From Lacunisphaera sp. (GTDB lineage Bacteria > Verrucomicrobiota > Verrucomicrobiia > Opitutales > Opitutaceae), in NCBI GenBank assembly GCA_041917235.1, contig JAYRXZ010000006.1:41517-105516 (forward strand): 64,000 nt of DNA. The letters run 5' to 3'. Made by a program: the position numbers and the translations under genes. The notes under the pieces are model-generated. The model did no database searches, was not told the origin of the DNA, and saw only the letters and a program-made list of their open reading frames with translations. Below, piece by piece: positions 48,242 to 59,082 of this stretch (the first letter of the stretch is position 1; every line of letters starts with the position of its first letter).

Positions 48242-49138
48242 TCACGCCCGCTTCGTCACCGTCCGCATGACCTCCACGAAATTTGTCGCCAGTTGCGAAT
48301 GTGCGCCCTGCCGCCAGACCGCCAAGATCCGCACCTGCAGATCATCGCCCTCCTCCTTGATCCGCCGGAACGTGATGTGGTTCTCGCTCCGGATCAGCGG
48401 CAGCAACAGGGAGATCCCTTGGTCGCCCGCGATCATCGCGATCAGCGATTCCGATCCGTTCACGCGCCGCAGCGGCCGGTGTTTGATGCCCCGCGCGGCA
48501 AACATGCTCTGGATCTTCTGCCCGTGCAGGCTGTGCCGCTCCATCTCGCCGACATACAGGAGTGGCTCGGCGGCGATCTCCGTCAGCGAAACCTTCGTTG
48601 ATCGCGCCAGCCGGTGCCCGGGGCTCATCGCCACCGCGACCCGTGACTCCAGCACCTCGACCGCCTGCAGTCCCTGCGGCAACGCCGTGGGCGGCTCCAC
48701 GGAAAAACACACCTGCACCTCCCCCGCCTGCAACGCCGCCAGTTGATCCGGCAGGCTCAGCTCATGCAAATTGACCTCGACCTGCGGATACTTGGCCCGG
48801 AAGGCCAGCAACGTCGCCGGCAGGAATACCGCCGAGATCGCGCCGAGATTGCCCACCGTCAGCCGGCCGCTGCGCCCGGCCGCCGCCTCCCGCGCCGCCG
48901 CCGCCGCCATCTCCACCCGTTCGAGAATATCCCGCACCTCCTCCAGCAACACCACCCCGGCATCCGTAAGCATCACGCCGCTGGTGTTGCGATCCAGCAA
49001 GCGCGCGCCCACCGCGTGCTCGAGATCCTTGATCTGCTTGCTCAGCGCCGGCTGCGCCACCCGCAACTGTTCGGCCGCGCGGCGGAAATTCAGCGCCTCC
49101 GCCACCGCTACAAAATATCGCAAATGCCTCAGTTCCAC
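48242..49138 (-). CDS. LysR-family transcriptional regulator
   Basis: HTH LRHLRYFVAVAEALNFRRAAEQLRVAQPALSKQIKDLE; probable GTG start (VELRHL); divergent from MarR/RND operon. Confidence 0.85.
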   Translation of the reverse strand: MELRHLRYFVAVAEALNFRRAAEQLRVAQPALSKQIKDLEHAVGARLLDRNTSGVMLTDAGVVLLEEVRDILERVEMAAAAAREAAAGRSGRLTVGNLGAISAVFLPATLLAFRAKYPQVEVNLHELSLPDQLAALQAGEVQVCFSVEPPTALPQGLQAVEVLESRVAVAMSPGHRLARSTKVSLTEIAAEPLLYVGEMERHSLHGQKIQSMFAARGIKHRPLRRVNGSESLIAMIAGDQGISLLLPLIRSENHITFRRIKEEGDDLQVRILAVWRQGAHSQLATNFVEVMRTVTKRA

Positions 49139-49220
49139 TCCGACCCCTGATATCCGAAAGTTATCAGCCCGCAAACAACAAAGTAATACCGCCTTTCGCT
49201 ATCTGCGCTATTCTCGGCGC

Positions 49221-49733
49221 ATGTCTGTCCTGCCCAGCCACGATCCCGCCCGCACCGCGCTGCTCTCCGCCGCGCGGGGTTGCTCGCCGGACGTCAGGCG
49301 CCAGTGCCACGCCCTCCTCGCACTCGTGGACACCTGCCAGGCGCTCAGCCAGTGGCTCCGCCGCGATCTCGCCCGCAGCAACCTGACCGAGCCCGGTTTC
49401 CGTCTGCTGGCCCACGTCATCGGGCACGCCCCGGCCGATCTCACCCCGAGTGAAATTTCAACCGAACTCGGCCTGCCCCGCCAACTCATCGCCGCCACCC
49501 TCGGCCGGCTTGAAGTTTCCGGCCTGGTCGCCCGCGAGCGCAACGCGCATGATCGCCGCACCTTTACCTTGAAAGCCACCCCCAAGGGTCGCCGGGTCTT
49601 TTCCGCCGCTTTGCAACATTGCTTGCGGGCGATCGGCCGCATTATGTCTCCCCTCGAACCCCAGGAGCTCGTCCGGCTCGACCACCTGTGCGCCCAACTG
49701 CGCGAAAACTCTCTTCAAACCGCCTCCCGTTAA
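49221..49733 (+). CDS. MarR-family transcriptional regulator
   Basis: In-frame ATG within track ORF 48771..49733; winged-helix core (LTPSEISTELGLPRQLIAATLGRLEVSGLVARERNAHDRRTFTLKATPKG). Confidence 0.75.
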   Translation: MSVLPSHDPARTALLSAARGCSPDVRRQCHALLALVDTCQALSQWLRRDLARSNLTEPGFRLLAHVIGHAPADLTPSEISTELGLPRQLIAATLGRLEVSGLVARERNAHDRRTFTLKATPKGRRVFSAALQHCLRAIGRIMSPLEPQELVRLDHLCAQLRENSLQTASR

Positions 49734-49750
49734 TCCCGTTTAATCCCGCC

Positions 49751-50932
49751 ATGCAATCCGCCCTCCCCCCCCGCACCCGCCCGACCCGCTCCATCGTCCT
49801 GGCCTTCGCCTCCGTCGCTGGAGTCCTGATCCTGGCCGGTTGCGGCAAAAAGACATCCGCGCCGCAAGGCGCTCCCGCCGCCCTCGAAGCCCACGTGCTG
49901 GTCATCCAGCCCACCAGCGCCGCCCTCTCGCGGGAGCTGCCCGGCCGCACCTCCGCCTACCGGATCGCGGAGGTTCGCGCCCGGATCAGCGGCATCGTCC
50001 AAAAACGCCTTTTCACCGAAGGCGCCGACGTGAAGGCCGGCGACACGCTTTTCGAGATCGACCCGGCGCCGTATCAGGCAGCCCTGGACAGTGCCCGCGC
50101 CACCCTCGCCAAGGCCCAGGCCGGCCTCGCCTCCGCCGGCGCGCAGGCTGAACGCTACAAGGATCTCGTCGCCAGTGACGCCGTCTCGAAGCAGTCCTAC
50201 GATGACGCCATCGCCAATCAGCTTTCCGCCACCGCCGATGTCGCCGCCGCCGCCGCCGCCGTGCAGACCGCCGAGATCAACCTCGGCTACACCCGCGTCA
50301 CCTCGCCTCTTTCCGGCCGCATCGGCCGCGCCGAGGTCACCGAAGGCGCCTACGTGCAGCAAAGCTCCGCCACCTTGCTCGCCACCGTGCAGCAACTCGA
50401 CCCGCTCTACGTCGATCTCAACCAATCCGCCGCCGAAGTCCTGCAACTCAAGGAGGCCCACGCCGCCGGCCGGCTGCAGCGCAGCGGCGAAGGCGGCGCG
50501 AAATTCACCCTGACCCTCGACGGCGGCCAGGCCTACGCCCAGCCCGGCGCGTTGGAATTTTCCGACGTCTCCGTCAACTCCACGACCGGCACCGTCCTGC
50601 TTCGCGGCACCGTGCCCAATCCTCGGCTCGACCTCCTCCCGGGCATGTTCGTCCGCGCCCGCCTGGAAGAAGGTGTCGCCACCGATGCCATCCTCGTCCC
50701 GCAGGCCGTCGTCAGCCGCAATGCCGCTGGCCAGGCCACGGTGCTCGTCGTCGGCGCCGAGCAAAAAGTGGAAAGCCGCGTGCTGACCGTCTCCCGCACG
50801 GTCGGCGACCAGTGGCTGGTCACCGCCGGCCTCAAGCCCGGCGATCAGGTTATCCTCGATAATCGCCAGAAGCTGCGTCCCGGCTCCCCCGTCAAGCCGG
50901 TCGTCCAGGCCGCTGCCCCCGCCAAAAGCTGA
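49751..50932 (+). CDS. RND efflux membrane fusion protein (periplasmic adaptor, AcrA/MexA-like)
   Basis: Lipoprotein signal LILAGCGKK; biotinyl/lipoyl hairpin (VKAGDTLFEIDPAPYQAALDSARATLAKAQ) and beta-barrel domains. Confidence 0.85.
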   Translation: MQSALPPRTRPTRSIVLAFASVAGVLILAGCGKKTSAPQGAPAALEAHVLVIQPTSAALSRELPGRTSAYRIAEVRARISGIVQKRLFTEGADVKAGDTLFEIDPAPYQAALDSARATLAKAQAGLASAGAQAERYKDLVASDAVSKQSYDDAIANQLSATADVAAAAAAVQTAEINLGYTRVTSPLSGRIGRAEVTEGAYVQQSSATLLATVQQLDPLYVDLNQSAAEVLQLKEAHAAGRLQRSGEGGAKFTLTLDGGQAYAQPGALEFSDVSVNSTTGTVLLRGTVPNPRLDLLPGMFVRARLEEGVATDAILVPQAVVSRNAAGQATVLVVGAEQKVESRVLTVSRTVGDQWLVTAGLKPGDQVILDNRQKLRPGSPVKPVVQAAAPAKS

Positions 50933-50989
50933 GATCTGCCTCTCCAGATCCCAAACCCTAGATCCTAGACCCTCCTTTCCCTTTCCGTC

Positions 50990-53900
50990 ATGGCCCGCTT
51001 TTTCATCGACCGCCCCATCTTTGCATGGGTCATCGCCATCGTCATCATGGTGGCTGGCATCATCTCCATCCGATCCCTCCCGATCGCGCAGTATCCGAAC
51101 ATCGCGCCGCCGCAGATCGCCATCGCCGCCAGCTATCCCGGCGCCTCCGCCCAGACCGTCGAGGACTCCGTGACCCAGGTCATCGAACAGCGCATGAGCG
51201 GTATCGACCGTTTGCGCTACATGGAGTCCTCCAGTGACTCCGCCGGCAACGTCAGCATCACCATCACTTTCGACGCCGGCACCGACCCCGACATCGCCCA
51301 GGTGCAGGTGCAGAACAAGCTCGCCCTGGCCACCCCGCTCCTCCCGCAGGAAGTGCAACAGCTCGGCGTGCGGGTGACCAAGTCCGTCCGCAACTTCCTC
51401 CTCGTGGTTGGCTTCCGTTCCACTGACGGCAGCATGACCGCCACCGATATCGGTGATTTCGTTTCCAGTCGCATCCAGGATCCGCTCAGCCGCGTGCCGG
51501 GCGTCGGCGACATCCAAAGCTTCGCCAACCAATATGCGATGCGCATCTGGCTCCGGCCCGACAAGCTCCAGACCTACGGGCTCATGCCCTCCGATGTGAG
51601 CGCAGCAATCCGGGCCCAGAACGCCCAGGTCTCCGCCGGTCAGCTCGGCGCCGAGCCGGCCGTCCCCGGCCAGATGCTCAACGCCACCATCACCGCGCAG
51701 ACCCGCCTCGAGACCGCCGAGCAATTCGATAACATCCTGATCCGCGTCAATCCCGACGGCTCCCAGATCCGCCTGCGCGATGTCGCCCGGGTCGAACTCG
51801 GCTCCGAAGGCTACGATCGTATCTCCCGCTTCAACGCCCTGCCCGCCGCGGGCATTGCCATCCGGCCCGCCACCGGGGCCAACGCGCTCGAAGCCGTCGC
51901 CGCCATTCGGGCCAAGATCGACGAGCTCAAGCCCTTCTTCCCTGCGGGCCTCGAGGTCGTCTACCCGCTCGACACCACGCCCTTTGTGCGCCTCTCCGTC
52001 GAGGAGGTCGTCAAGACCCTCGTCGAGGCCGTCATCCTCGTGTTCCTGGTGATGTATCTGTTTCTCCAAAATTTCCGCGCCACCCTCATCCCGACCATCG
52101 CGGTGCCGGTCGTGCTGCTCGGCACGTTCGCCATCATGGCCGCAGCCGGCTTCTCCATCAACACGCTCACGCTCTTCGGCGTCGTGCTCGCCATCGGCCT
52201 GCTGGTCGACGACGCCATCGTCGTCGTCGAAAACGTCGAGCGCGTGATGACCGAGGAAGGCCTCTCGCCCAAGGAGGCCACCCGGAAATCCATGACCCAG
52301 ATCACCGGCGCGCTCGTCGGCATCGCCATGGTGCTCTCCGCCGTGTTCATCCCCATGGCGTTCTTCGGCGGCTCGACCGGCGTGATCTACCGCCAGTTCT
52401 CCATCACGATCGTCTCCGCCATGGCACTCTCCGTCCTCGTGGCGATTGTCCTCACCCCCGCCCTCTGCGCGACGTTGCTCAAACCCGCCGCCGCCGGCGA
52501 GCACCACGAAAAACGCGGCTTCTTCGGCTGGTTCAACCGTTTCTTTGATCGCAGCACCAATCGCTATGCCAACGGCGTCACCCGCCTCCTCCACCGCACC
52601 GGCCGCACCCTCCTCATTTATGTGCTCATCCTCGGTGGTCTCATCTACCTCTTCGGCCGGATCCCTACCGGCTTCCTCCCCGACGAGGATCAGGGCATCA
52701 TGTTTGCCCAGGCCCAATTGCCGCCTGGCGCCACCACCGCGCAGACTCAAGCCGTCCTGGAAAGGATCGAGCATCACTTTCTCGTCGACGAAAAGGACAA
52801 CGTCGAAGGCATGTTCGGCGTCACCGGCTTCAGTTTCTCCGGCTTCGGCCAGAACCAGGCCTTCGCCTTCATCCGCCTGAAAGACTGGGAGCATCGCTCA
52901 CGCCCTGATCAGAAGGTCAAGGCCATCTCGGGCCGTGCCATGGCCAAGTTCTCCCAATTCAAGGACTCCTTCGCCTTCGCGTTCGCGCCGCCTGCCGTGC
53001 TCGAACTCGGCACCGCCAGCGGCTTCGACCTGCGCCTCACCGACAACGGCTCCAACGGCCACAATGCCCTCATCGCCGCCCGCAACCAGCTCCTCGGCAT
53101 GGCGGCCGCCGACCCGCGCCTGCGCAGCGTCCGGCCCAACGGCCTCGACGACACCCCGCAGTTCCGCCTCGATATCGACCAGGAGAAAGCCTCCGCCCTC
53201 GGCATCTCGCTCGCCGACATCAACTCGACGCTCTCCGCCGCGTGGGGCTCCTCCTACGTCAACGACTTCATCGACCGCGGCCGCATCAAAAAAGTCTACC
53301 TCCAGGCCGACGCGCCCTACCGCATGATGCCCGAGGACATCGGCCGCTGGTATGTCCGCAGCAGCACCGGCACGATGGTTCCGTTCTCCAGCTTCAGCAG
53401 CGCCCACTGGATCCTCGGCTCGCCCAAACTCGAACGCTTCAACGGCTCGCCGTCCGTCTCCATCCAAGGTGAGCCCGCCCCCGGCTACAGCTCCGGTGCC
53501 GCCATGGAGGCCATGACTGAGCTGGCCGCCAAGCTGCCCCCCGGCTTCGGCCTTGAGTGGGCCGGCCTCTCCTACGAGGAACGTCTCTCCGGCTCGCAGG
53601 GCCCCGCCCTCTACGCGATCTCGCTCCTCATCGTCTTCCTCTGCCTCGCGGCCCTCTACGAAAGCTGGTCCATCCCGGCCTCCGTTCTGCTCATCGTGCC
53701 GCTCGGCGTCATCGGCACCTTGCTCGCCGCCTGGTTCACCGGCCTGCCCAACGACGTTTATTTCCAGGTCGGCCTTCTCACCATCGTCGGCCTCTCGGCC
53801 AAGAACGCCATCCTCATCGTCGAGTTTGCCAAGGAGGGCTACGACCGCGGCATGGGCTTGCTCGAGGCCGCCGTGCACGCGGCCCGCCAGCGCCTGCGGC

Positions 53901-54118
53901 CGATCCTCATGACCTCGCTCGCCTTCGGCCTCGGCGTGCTCCCGCTTGCCATCGCTTCCGGCGCCGGTTCCGGCAGCCAAAACGCCATCGGCATCGGCGT
54001 CCTCGGCGGCACCTTCACCGCCACCGCCCTCGGCATCTTCTTCGTGCCCGTCTTCTTCGTCGTCGTGCTCCGCCTCTTCCGCGTGAAATCCACGGCCGCC
54101 ACCACCTCTTCCAAGTAA
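50990..54118 (+). CDS. RND multidrug efflux transporter, AcrB/MexB (HAE1) family
   Basis: [20 protein letters not shown]... 12-TM, 1042 aa, canonical AcrB N-terminus and conserved TM4/TM10 motifs. Confidence 0.9.
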   Translation: MARFFIDRPIFAWVIAIVIMVAGIISIRSLPIAQYPNIAPPQIAIAASYPGASAQTVEDSVTQVIEQRMSGIDRLRYMESSSDSAGNVSITITFDAGTDPDIAQVQVQNKLALATPLLPQEVQQLGVRVTKSVRNFLLVVGFRSTDGSMTATDIGDFVSSRIQDPLSRVPGVGDIQSFANQYAMRIWLRPDKLQTYGLMPSDVSAAIRAQNAQVSAGQLGAEPAVPGQMLNATITAQTRLETAEQFDNILIRVNPDGSQIRLRDVARVELGSEGYDRISRFNALPAAGIAIRPATGANALEAVAAIRAKIDELKPFFPAGLEVVYPLDTTPFVRLSVEEVVKTLVEAVILVFLVMYLFLQNFRATLIPTIAVPVVLLGTFAIMAAAGFSINTLTLFGVVLAIGLLVDDAIVVVENVERVMTEEGLSPKEATRKSMTQITGALVGIAMVLSAVFIPMAFFGGSTGVIYRQFSITIVSAMALSVLVAIVLTPALCATLLKPAAAGEHHEKRGFFGWFNRFFDRSTNRYANGVTRLLHRTGRTLLIYVLILGGLIYLFGRIPTGFLPDEDQGIMFAQAQLPPGATTAQTQAVLERIEHHFLVDEKDNVEGMFGVTGFSFSGFGQNQAFAFIRLKDWEHRSRPDQKVKAISGRAMAKFSQFKDSFAFAFAPPAVLELGTASGFDLRLTDNGSNGHNALIAARNQLLGMAAADPRLRSVRPNGLDDTPQFRLDIDQEKASALGISLADINSTLSAAWGSSYVNDFIDRGRIKKVYLQADAPYRMMPEDIGRWYVRSSTGTMVPFSSFSSAHWILGSPKLERFNGSPSVSIQGEPAPGYSSGAAMEAMTELAAKLPPGFGLEWAGLSYEERLSGSQGPALYAISLLIVFLCLAALYESWSIPASVLLIVPLGVIGTLLAAWFTGLPNDVYFQVGLLTIVGLSAKNAILIVEFAKEGYDRGMGLLEAAVHAARQRLRPILMTSLAFGLGVLPLAIASGAGSGSQNAIGIGVLGGTFTATALGIFFVPVFFVVVLRLFRVKSTAATTSSK

Positions 54119-54134
54119 GATCCCATTCCGTCTC

Positions 54135-55559
54135 ATGAGAGCCCTCAGTCCCATTCTCCTCAGCCTCGCCCTCGCCGGCTGCTCGCTCGCGCCCCAATAC
54201 GAGCGTCCCGCCTCGCCCGTCGCCACCACCTTCCCGACCACTCCGGCCGCGCCCGCCACCCCGACGGGCCCGGCCGCCGCCGATCTGGCCTGGGACAAGT
54301 TCTTCCAGGACGCCCGCCTGCAAGCCGTGATCCGCGCCGCCCTCGAGCACAACCGCGACCTGCGGGTCGCCGCGCTCAACGTCGAACGCGTCCGCGCGCT
54401 CTACAACATCCAGCGCACCGCCCTCATCCCCAGCCTCAATGCGACCGCCGACGGTTCGCGCCGCCGCACCCCGGGCGACCTGTCCGGCACCGGCCGCCCG
54501 GCCATCAGTTCGTCCTATCAGATCGGCCTGGAGATTCCTTCCTACGAACTCGATTTCTTCGGCCGCGTGACGAGCCTCCGCGATCAGGTGCTGCAACAAT
54601 ACCTCGCCACCGAGGCCGCGCAACGCAGCTCCCAGCTCAGCCTCATCTCCAGCGTCGCCCGCCAGTATTTCACCGTCCTGGCCACGGAGGAACAACTCGA
54701 GCTCGCCCACCAGACCCTCGCGGCCGCCGAGCGCTCCTACGAGCTCAACCGCAAATCCTTCAACGCCGGCGTCGCCTCGGAGCTCGACCTCCGCACCGCC
54801 GAGGCGCAGCGCGAATCCGTGCGCGCCAGCACCGCCTCCCTTGAACAGTCGCGCGACCTCGCCCAGAACGCGCTGGCGCTCCTCGTCGGCACCACCCTGC
54901 CCGCCGACCTGCCGGCGCCCGGCACGCTCGCGACGCAGAACCTGATCGAGGATCTGCCCGCCGGCCTGCCCTCCGACCTGCTCGCCCGCCGGCCCGACAT
55001 CCTCGCCGCCGAACACACCCTGCAGGCCGCCAACGCCAACATCGGGGTCGCCCGCGCCGCGTTTTTCCCCTCGGTCAAGCTCACGGCCTTCGGCGGCACC
55101 GCCAGCTCCGAACTCTCCGGCCTGTTTGACAGCGGCTCCAAGGCCTGGAGCTTCGCGCCGTCGGTCAGCCTGCCGATCTTTGCGGCCGGCCGTAACAAGG
55201 CCCAGCTCAACGTCGCCAAGATCGAAACCCGCATCGAAGTGGCCAACTACGAGAAGGCGATCCAGACCGCCTTTCGCGAAGTGTCCGACGCTCTCGCCGT
55301 GCGCCGCACCATCGGCACCCAGATCGACGCGCAGACCGCCCGCACCGCCGCCGCCCAGCGCCGCTATGAGCTCACCGAAAGCCGCTACAAGGCCGGTGTG
55401 GACAGCTTTCTCTCGCTCCTGCTCGCGCAGCAGGAACTGTTCAGCGCCCAACAGCAGCTCATCTCAGCCCGCCTCTCGCGCCTCGACAACCTGACCACGC
55501 TCTACGGCGCCCTCGGCGGCGGCTGGTCCGAGCCGACCGCGGCCACGGCCACCCAGTAA
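54135..55559 (+). CDS. RND efflux outer-membrane factor lipoprotein (OprM/NodT family)
   Basis: Lipobox LALAGCSLAP; two TolC-like repeats; 474 aa. Confidence 0.85.
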   Translation: MRALSPILLSLALAGCSLAPQYERPASPVATTFPTTPAAPATPTGPAAADLAWDKFFQDARLQAVIRAALEHNRDLRVAALNVERVRALYNIQRTALIPSLNATADGSRRRTPGDLSGTGRPAISSSYQIGLEIPSYELDFFGRVTSLRDQVLQQYLATEAAQRSSQLSLISSVARQYFTVLATEEQLELAHQTLAAAERSYELNRKSFNAGVASELDLRTAEAQRESVRASTASLEQSRDLAQNALALLVGTTLPADLPAPGTLATQNLIEDLPAGLPSDLLARRPDILAAEHTLQAANANIGVARAAFFPSVKLTAFGGTASSELSGLFDSGSKAWSFAPSVSLPIFAAGRNKAQLNVAKIETRIEVANYEKAIQTAFREVSDALAVRRTIGTQIDAQTARTAAAQRRYELTESRYKAGVDSFLSLLLAQQELFSAQQQLISARLSRLDNLTTLYGALGGGWSEPTAATATQ

Positions 55560-55576
55560 GCCGACCACGCCCCGCC

Positions 55577-56011
55577 ATGCTCTCCCCGGCCCTCTTCCAC
55601 CGCCTGCGCGCCGCCCAGCGCCGTTCCGTCCGTGAACAGGAAATCCTGTCCGGCCGGAATTGGATCCTGATCTGCGCCCTCGCTCACCTGCTGGCGGCGG
55701 TCTATCCGGCCTTTCTCCTCTTCACCGTGATCTGGCTCGACACGCCATCGCCGAGCCAGCACCTGCACCCAGGGTTCACCCTCGCATCCACCGTGTTCAC
55801 GGGCATCGTGCTTCTCGGGTTCTGGTGGTGGGCCCGCTACGCGCCCTATCGCGGCGCGCTCGCGGCCCTCGTCGTCTACCTCATCATTCAAGGCATCATC
55901 GCCACGCTCGATCCCCGCCAGCTCCTAATCGGCGCCACGCTCAAGGCCCTGATCATCCTCGGGCTCGTGCAAGCCGTGCGCACCGGCTTCCGCCGCCACC
56001 GTCCGCAATGA
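55577..56011 (+). CDS. Hypothetical membrane protein (144 aa, ~4 TM)
   Basis: GC3-biased ORF immediately after the efflux operon; hydrophobic helices; ATGA overlap with the next ORF. Confidence 0.45.
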   Translation: MLSPALFHRLRAAQRRSVREQEILSGRNWILICALAHLLAAVYPAFLLFTVIWLDTPSPSQHLHPGFTLASTVFTGIVLLGFWWWARYAPYRGALAALVVYLIIQGIIATLDPRQLLIGATLKALIILGLVQAVRTGFRRHRPQ

Positions 56012-56811
56012 ACGCCCCCGCCCAATCCCCGCTCGTGGCCGAGCCGGCCGCGACCACGCCCGACGCCGGCCCGCAGCACTTTGCCGGCCCGCTCACTTGG
56101 TTTGTCTTTATCAGTTGCACCTTGGCCGCCTTCGGCGCCGCGCTGCTGTTCTATCAGCAGGACGGTGTGGTCTGGCCGCTCGCCGCCCTCATCGGGTTTG
56201 TCTGCATCGCCATCTTCGCCGCCGTCCGCCTCCTCGTCCGCCGCCGCTGTCATGAAACGCTGCCCGCCAGCCGCGATGTGCTCACCGGCGCGCTCGGCTT
56301 CGAGCTTCACTACACCTGTCGCGATGTGGCCGCCACGGTCTTTCTTCATCCCGATCACGTGACTCCCGGTCATCCGACGCAGGTTCTGTGTTTTGTGGAG
56401 AACTACGCCTCGCGCCAGCGCATCGCCTGTTTCCGCATCGGCCCGCATCCCGAGCTGGGCCTGCCCGCCGCCCACTCCGTGGCCCTCCACCTCGCCGCCG
56501 GTCAGGCCGCCGTTTATATTCTGCCGCTCGAGGTCAACCGCACATTGTCTCCCGGCGCGCATGATTTGCCCGTCACTCTCTGCGTGCAGAATCCCGCCGG
56601 TGACGGCTTCCGCCTGCCCGGCACCTCGCGGCGGCTGCACGACTTGTGGAGCGTTCGTTTCGCCGCCCCATTCACGCTGCCACAGCATGGCGCCGAACCC
56701 GACACGGTCACGCCATCCCTCGGGGCGGCCCGCTACCTCAGCCTTGCCGCCGTCGACTCACCGACCCTCCATCTTGAGGCGCTGGAGTCGGTGCTCACCC
56801 GCCGGCCTTGA
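56008..56811 (+). CDS. Hypothetical membrane-anchored protein (267 aa)
   Basis: In-frame ATG of track ORF 55660..56811; two N-terminal TM helices then a soluble domain; no recognisable family. Confidence 0.45.
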   Translation: MNAPAQSPLVAEPAATTPDAGPQHFAGPLTWFVFISCTLAAFGAALLFYQQDGVVWPLAALIGFVCIAIFAAVRLLVRRRCHETLPASRDVLTGALGFELHYTCRDVAATVFLHPDHVTPGHPTQVLCFVENYASRQRIACFRIGPHPELGLPAAHSVALHLAAGQAAVYILPLEVNRTLSPGAHDLPVTLCVQNPAGDGFRLPGTSRRLHDLWSVRFAAPFTLPQHGAEPDTVTPSLGAARYLSLAAVDSPTLHLEALESVLTRRP

Positions 56812-57052
56812 TCCCTGCGGCGAGGTGGTTTCGGCCAATCGCCGCGAAGTGTGGTGATCAATTTCCGGGCTATGTTCACTCCAAGATTTTTGTCCCCAGG
56901 ATCGAGAGCGAGCCAGGGGGTTCTGACTTGATCGAGTCGAGCTTGCTCGCAACTCAGGGTGCTTCTGGGCGCGAACAAGCGCGATACCACAATTTCCACT
57001 GCATGCCTCTGGCTGAAAACGCCCGCCTCTCCGGGTTTGCCAACCGGCCGGC

Positions 57053-58867
57053 GTGGTTTATGACACAGCCATGATTCGCGCTACATCCTCCCTCCGCGGT
57101 GCCGCCGTTGCGGCGCTGCTGGCCGCCTCCGTTTCGTTCGCCGCCGATGCCAACCCCACGCAGGAACGCGCCGACCGTTTCCTGCTCCTCGTCAACTCGG
57201 CCTACAAGTCCCTCGTCACCCTCGAAGGCAACGCCCAATGGAAAGCCCTCACCGACGTCTCCCCCGTCCACGACGCCGGCTCCGAGGCAGCCAGCAAGGC
57301 CCGCGCCGCCTTCACCGGCGATCCTGTCCTCATCAACGAGGCCAAGGCGCTCCTCCTCCAACGCCACGAGCTGAACGAACTCACCGTCCGCGAACTCCAG
57401 CAGCTGCTCCTCGCCGCCGCCGAGGGCCCGATGACCAACCCCCAACTCGTCGCCGACCGCATCGACGCCGAGGTCGCGCAGGCCTCCACACTCAACGGCT
57501 TCGAGTTCAAGCTGGCCGGAAAACCGATCACGGTGAACGAAATCGACAACCTCCTCAACGCGAGCACCGATCTCGCGGCCCGGCAGGCTGTCTGGGAGGC
57601 CTCCAAGGAATCCGGCCAGGCCCTCAAGCCCGGCCTCGTGAAACTCCGCGACCTCCGCAACGGCGTCGCGCGGGAACTCGATTATCCCGACTACTTCGCC
57701 CTGCAGGTCGCCGGCTACGGCATGACGACCGAGGAGATGATCAAGCTGCAGGACGACTTCATGCGCGAGCTGCGTCCGCTCTACCTGCAGCTCCACACCT
57801 GGGTGAAATACAAGCTCGCCGAGAAATACGGCCAGCCCGTGCCCAAGCGCATCCCCGCCCACTGGATCAACAACCGCTGGTCGCAGGAATGGGGCGGCCT
57901 CGCCGAGGGCGCCGACCTCACGACATTCTTCAAGGACAGGACGCCCGAGTGGGTCGCCCGCTCCTCCGAACAGTTCTACGTCGGCCTCGGCTTCCCGAAG
58001 CTGCCGCAATCCTTCTGGGACAAATCCGACCTCTACTCCGTCCCCGCCGGCGACAAGCGCAAGAAAAACACCCACGCCTCCGCCTGGCACGTCGACCTCG
58101 AGAACGACCTGCGCTCGCTGCAAAGCATCGAGGCCAACCCCTGGTGGTTCACGACCAATCACCATGAGTTCGGCCACATCTATTATTTTATCAGCTACAC
58201 CCGGCCCGAGGTGCCGGCCCTGCTTCGCACCGGCGCCAACCCGGCCTTCCACGAGGGTTTCGGCGAACTGACCGCCCTCGCCTCCGGCATGGCGCCCTAC
58301 CTCAAGTCGCTCGGCGTCCTGCCCGCCGACTTCAAGGTCGATGAAAACGCCTTCCTCCTCAACAACGCCCTCGTCCCCGGCGTGCCGTTTATCTTCTGGT
58401 CGTCCGGCGTCATGGCACACTGGGAGGCCGACATCTACGCGAAGAACCTGCCCGCCGACCAGTGGAACGCCCGCTGGTGGCAATACGTCCGCGACTTCCA
58501 GGGCGTCGAACCCCCGACCGAACGCGGCGAGGAATGGTGCGACGCTGCGACGAAGACCCACATCAACGACACGCCCTGCTACTATTACAGCTACGCCATC
58601 GCGCAGGTCTTCAAATACCAGCTCAACGACTACATCGCGAAAAACATCCTCAAGCAGCCCCCGCAGAGCTGCAATTACGCGAACAACAAAGAAGTCGGCG
58701 ACTTCCTCCGCCAGATCATGGCGAAGGGCAAGACCGAGGACTGGCGCAAAGTCATCAAGGAAGCCACCGGCGAGGAACTCAGCACGCGCGCCATGGTGGA
58801 ATACTACGCCCCGCTGATGAAGTGGCTGCAGGAACAGAACAAGGGCCGCCAGATCGGCTGGGATTGA
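57053..58867 (+). CDS. Secreted M2-family zinc metallopeptidase (angiotensin-converting enzyme-like peptidyl-dipeptidase)
   Basis: Signal peptide AALLAASVSFAADA; gluzincin motif TNHHEFGHIYYFISY and downstream HEGFGELTALASG closely matching ACE HHEMGHIQY / HEAIGDVLALS. Confidence 0.85.
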   Translation: MVYDTAMIRATSSLRGAAVAALLAASVSFAADANPTQERADRFLLLVNSAYKSLVTLEGNAQWKALTDVSPVHDAGSEAASKARAAFTGDPVLINEAKALLLQRHELNELTVRELQQLLLAAAEGPMTNPQLVADRIDAEVAQASTLNGFEFKLAGKPITVNEIDNLLNASTDLAARQAVWEASKESGQALKPGLVKLRDLRNGVARELDYPDYFALQVAGYGMTTEEMIKLQDDFMRELRPLYLQLHTWVKYKLAEKYGQPVPKRIPAHWINNRWSQEWGGLAEGADLTTFFKDRTPEWVARSSEQFYVGLGFPKLPQSFWDKSDLYSVPAGDKRKKNTHASAWHVDLENDLRSLQSIEANPWWFTTNHHEFGHIYYFISYTRPEVPALLRTGANPAFHEGFGELTALASGMAPYLKSLGVLPADFKVDENAFLLNNALVPGVPFIFWSSGVMAHWEADIYAKNLPADQWNARWWQYVRDFQGVEPPTERGEEWCDAATKTHINDTPCYYYSYAIAQVFKYQLNDYIAKNILKQPPQSCNYANNKEVGDFLRQIMAKGKTEDWRKVIKEATGEELSTRAMVEYYAPLMKWLQEQNKGRQIGWD

Positions 58868-58960
58868 TTCAATCTTTTGGAGTGCCGGTCTCCAGACCGG
58901 CCGCGGTCAACCGGGAGTCCGACCCTCCACCCCACCCGCCCCATTAGTCCATCAAATCGA

Positions 58961-58986
58961 ACCCCGGCCCGCGCCGGGGTTTTTCT
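58961..58986 (+). terminator. Rho-independent terminator after the M2 peptidase gene
   Basis: ACCCCGGC ccgc GCCGGGGT followed by TTTTCTT. Confidence 0.7.
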
Positions 58987-59082
58987 TATACTGGTCCCGG
59001 TGTATCTCCCTCGGAAATGGCAAGAAATGCGCCTTTTCCGACAAGCCCAGCCTTTACCAATCCGCGCTTGTAAGACATAGTA

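Noticed and set aside
49730-52894. 1054-aa minus-strand ORF
   Set aside because: Antisense to the MFP and RND efflux genes, which have unambiguous family signatures; a high-GC artifact.
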